From: an uncultured Clostridia bacterium
Lineage (GTDB): Bacteria; Bacillota; Clostridia; TANB77; CAG-508
Direction of reading: 5' to 3'
Length of the DNA stretch: 64,000 nt
Assembly: GCA_947632585.1 (NCBI GenBank)
Contig: CANRPS010000002.1
Coordinates: 8,232-72,231, forward strand
The translations under genes and the position numbers were made by a program. The notes below the pieces were generated by a model. The model was not told the origin of the DNA. It ran no database searches and was given only the letters and a program-made list of their open reading frames with translations. Within the stretch, counting starts at the first letter, position 1. Each line of letters opens with the position of its first letter. Shown piece by piece: positions 61,937 to 64,000 of the stretch.

Positions 61937-63037
61937 ATGAAGAAAATTGTATTTGGAATAACAAGTATGACAATTGGCGGAGCCGAAAGAGTATTGGTTG
62001 ATATTGTAAATAAATTAAAAGATAGATATGATATTACAATTTTTACAATTTATGGAAAAGGTGAATTCTTGAGTGAACTTGATAACAAAATAAAATGTAT
62101 TAGTTTATATGATAAAAAATATGAGAATATGAGTAGCCTAAAAAAGAAAACGATTCCCCTTTATGTACTTGCTAATGGGAAAGGAATTTATAATAAATAT
62201 ATAAAAAATAAATTTGATATAGAAATTGCATTTTTAGAAGGACCAATTACAAGAATTTTTTCTAATGAAGGTAATTCTAAAAAAATTGTATGGATACATA
62301 ATGATATTTCAAAGGTATTTGGAGAAAATGCTAAAGCTAATTTAAAATTAAATATAGATAAAAAAAGTTATTCTAAATATGACAAAATAATTTTTGTAAG
62401 TAATGATAATAAAAAATCATTTAATAAAATATTTAACGGATTGGAAGAAAAAGAAGAAGTTATTTATAATTATATTGATAAATCTAAAATTATAGAAAAA
62501 TCAAAATTAAATGTTGGACAAGATTATATAGACAAAAATATACCTTCAATTCTTATAGTATGTAGACTTGTTCAACAAAAAGCAGTGGATAGATTAATTA
62601 AGGTTCATAAAAAATTAATCGATAATAAAATTAAACATAAGATATATGTAATAGGAGAAGGACCAGAAAAAGAAAATTTAAAAAAACAAATTAAAGAATT
62701 AAATGTAGAAGAAACATTTAAATTAATGGGAAAAAGAGATAATCCATATCCATATATGAAAAGGGCTGATTATTTTGCATTATTAAGCTATTTCGAAGGA
62801 TATCCAATGACAGTTGAAGAAGCAAAAATATTAAATAAGAATATTTTAGTTACAAATACAGCTGCAAAAGAAGTTTTAAAAGGATATACTAAAAAAATGA
62901 TTTTTGAAAATACAGAAGAAGCAATTTATGAAGGATTAAAACAAGTTTTACAAAAAAATGTAATTTTTGAAGATGAAGAAATAGAATATGACAATAATCA
63001 CTTGTTAGAAAAAGTAATAGAATTAATAGAGGGATAA
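61937..63037 (+). CDS. Glycosyltransferase family 4
   Basis: GT-B fold, C-terminal EGYPMTVEEA motif region. Confidence 0.7.
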   Translation: MKKIVFGITSMTIGGAERVLVDIVNKLKDRYDITIFTIYGKGEFLSELDNKIKCISLYDKKYENMSSLKKKTIPLYVLANGKGIYNKYIKNKFDIEIAFLEGPITRIFSNEGNSKKIVWIHNDISKVFGENAKANLKLNIDKKSYSKYDKIIFVSNDNKKSFNKIFNGLEEKEEVIYNYIDKSKIIEKSKLNVGQDYIDKNIPSILIVCRLVQQKAVDRLIKVHKKLIDNKIKHKIYVIGEGPEKENLKKQIKELNVEETFKLMGKRDNPYPYMKRADYFALLSYFEGYPMTVEEAKILNKNILVTNTAAKEVLKGYTKKMIFENTEEAIYEGLKQVLQKNVIFEDEEIEYDNNHLLEKVIELIEG

Positions 63038-63064
63038 ATAGAAAAGAAAGGTAAAAAATTTAAA

Positions 63065-63961
63065 ATGAAATTAAGTATTTTAACTGCAACATATAATAGA
63101 GCAAAATATTTACCTAAGTTATATGAAAGTATAAAATCGAATCTAAAATACAATATAATTCCAGAATGGATTATTATTGATGATGGTTCAACAGATGATA
63201 CAAAAAAAATAGTTCAGAATTTTATTAATGATAATCAATTTGAAATAAAATATCAGTACCAAGAAAATGCAGGGAAGATGAAAGCGATAAATGAAGCTGT
63301 TAACCTTGCAACAGGAGAGTTAATTATTGATTGTGATTCAGATAATTGTTTTTTAGAAGATAGTTTTAAAAATATAGAAGAAAATGCGAAATTACTTTTA
63401 GAAAATTCAAATTTATATGGTCTTGTTTTTTTACAAAAAGATGGAAATGGAAAAATAAGTGGAAAAGAATTTCCTAATAAAGAAATTACTACTATGTTTG
63501 ATTTATACTTTAAAGAAGATATTCAGGGTGAGAAAGTAATTGTATATAATAGTAAAATAAGAAAAATGTTTTCACATGAATTAGAAAACAATGAAAAATT
63601 TATAACAGAAGCTAGAATGTATCACAAAATGGATGAAAAATATAAACTATTAACTATAAATTTACCTATTGAACAAGGAGAATATTTAGAAGATGGTTAT
63701 TCTAAGAATATAAATAATATTTTTAAAAATTGTCCATATGGATATTATATGTATTTTAAAGAGATACTTGGTAAAAATATGAGAGGTGTTAAATTTAAAA
63801 AAAGAATTTATGCAATTAAACATTTTATTTTGTTTGGATACTTAGTAAATAATAAATTTGATATTAAATGTATCAGAGATAAATTTAATAAATTTTTATA
63901 TACTATTTTATATTTACCAGGGATTTATAAAAGTAAGAAATTTAAAGATAAAAATAATTAA
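63065..63961 (+). CDS. Glycosyltransferase family 2
   Basis: LSILTATYNRAKYLPKLYESI ... IIIDDGSTDDT ... DCDSDN. Confidence 0.7.
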   Translation: MKLSILTATYNRAKYLPKLYESIKSNLKYNIIPEWIIIDDGSTDDTKKIVQNFINDNQFEIKYQYQENAGKMKAINEAVNLATGELIIDCDSDNCFLEDSFKNIEENAKLLLENSNLYGLVFLQKDGNGKISGKEFPNKEITTMFDLYFKEDIQGEKVIVYNSKIRKMFSHELENNEKFITEARMYHKMDEKYKLLTINLPIEQGEYLEDGYSKNINNIFKNCPYGYYMYFKEILGKNMRGVKFKKRIYAIKHFILFGYLVNNKFDIKCIRDKFNKFLYTILYLPGIYKSKKFKDKNN

Positions 63962-63967
63962 AAAAAT

Positions 63968-63993
63968 GGCGAAATCTTTTGATTTCGCCTTTA
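63968..63993 (+). terminator. Rho-independent terminator
   Basis: ggcgaaatc/gatttcgcc stem plus ttt. Confidence 0.6.
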
Positions 63994-64000
63994 AAAAACT

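Overview
AT-rich (about 25-28% GC) Firmicutes/Clostridia-like chromosomal window. Its core is housekeeping and cell-envelope genes: murF 3' end, addB, pgeF, ldcA-like, prfA, valS, mecA, a radC-mreBCD-mrdA-minC cluster, dxs, recX, glyQS, and glycosyltransferase/O-antigen-ligase genes. Accessory content: two giant Cna-B/DUF11 adhesins, two paralogous BspA-type LRR surface proteins each behind a candidate invertible promoter, a VirD4/TraG-like coupling ATPase cassette, an orphan MazF/EndoA toxin, a roughly 2.4 kb GC-rich island carrying an H+-pyrophosphatase gene, and a roughly 600-nt GC-enriched non-coding region upstream of a 4-TM membrane protein (candidate OLE RNA/oapA). No rRNA, tRNA or CRISPR found. 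Most striking observation: I found seven in-frame CGG codons outside the GC-rich island. Every one sits exactly where an otherwise conserved protein (MreB, PBP2, RadC x2, FAD/Rieske oxidoreductase x2, a giant surface protein) needs a +1 shift. In each case reading the quadruplet CGGN as one glycine restores the full-length protein. No intact gene I scanned uses an in-frame CGG. This pattern is not what random indel errors or ordinary pseudogenisation would give. It suggests CGG-directed +1 recoding (quadruplet/hungry-codon decoding to Gly) or a very specific artefact, and should be checked first.
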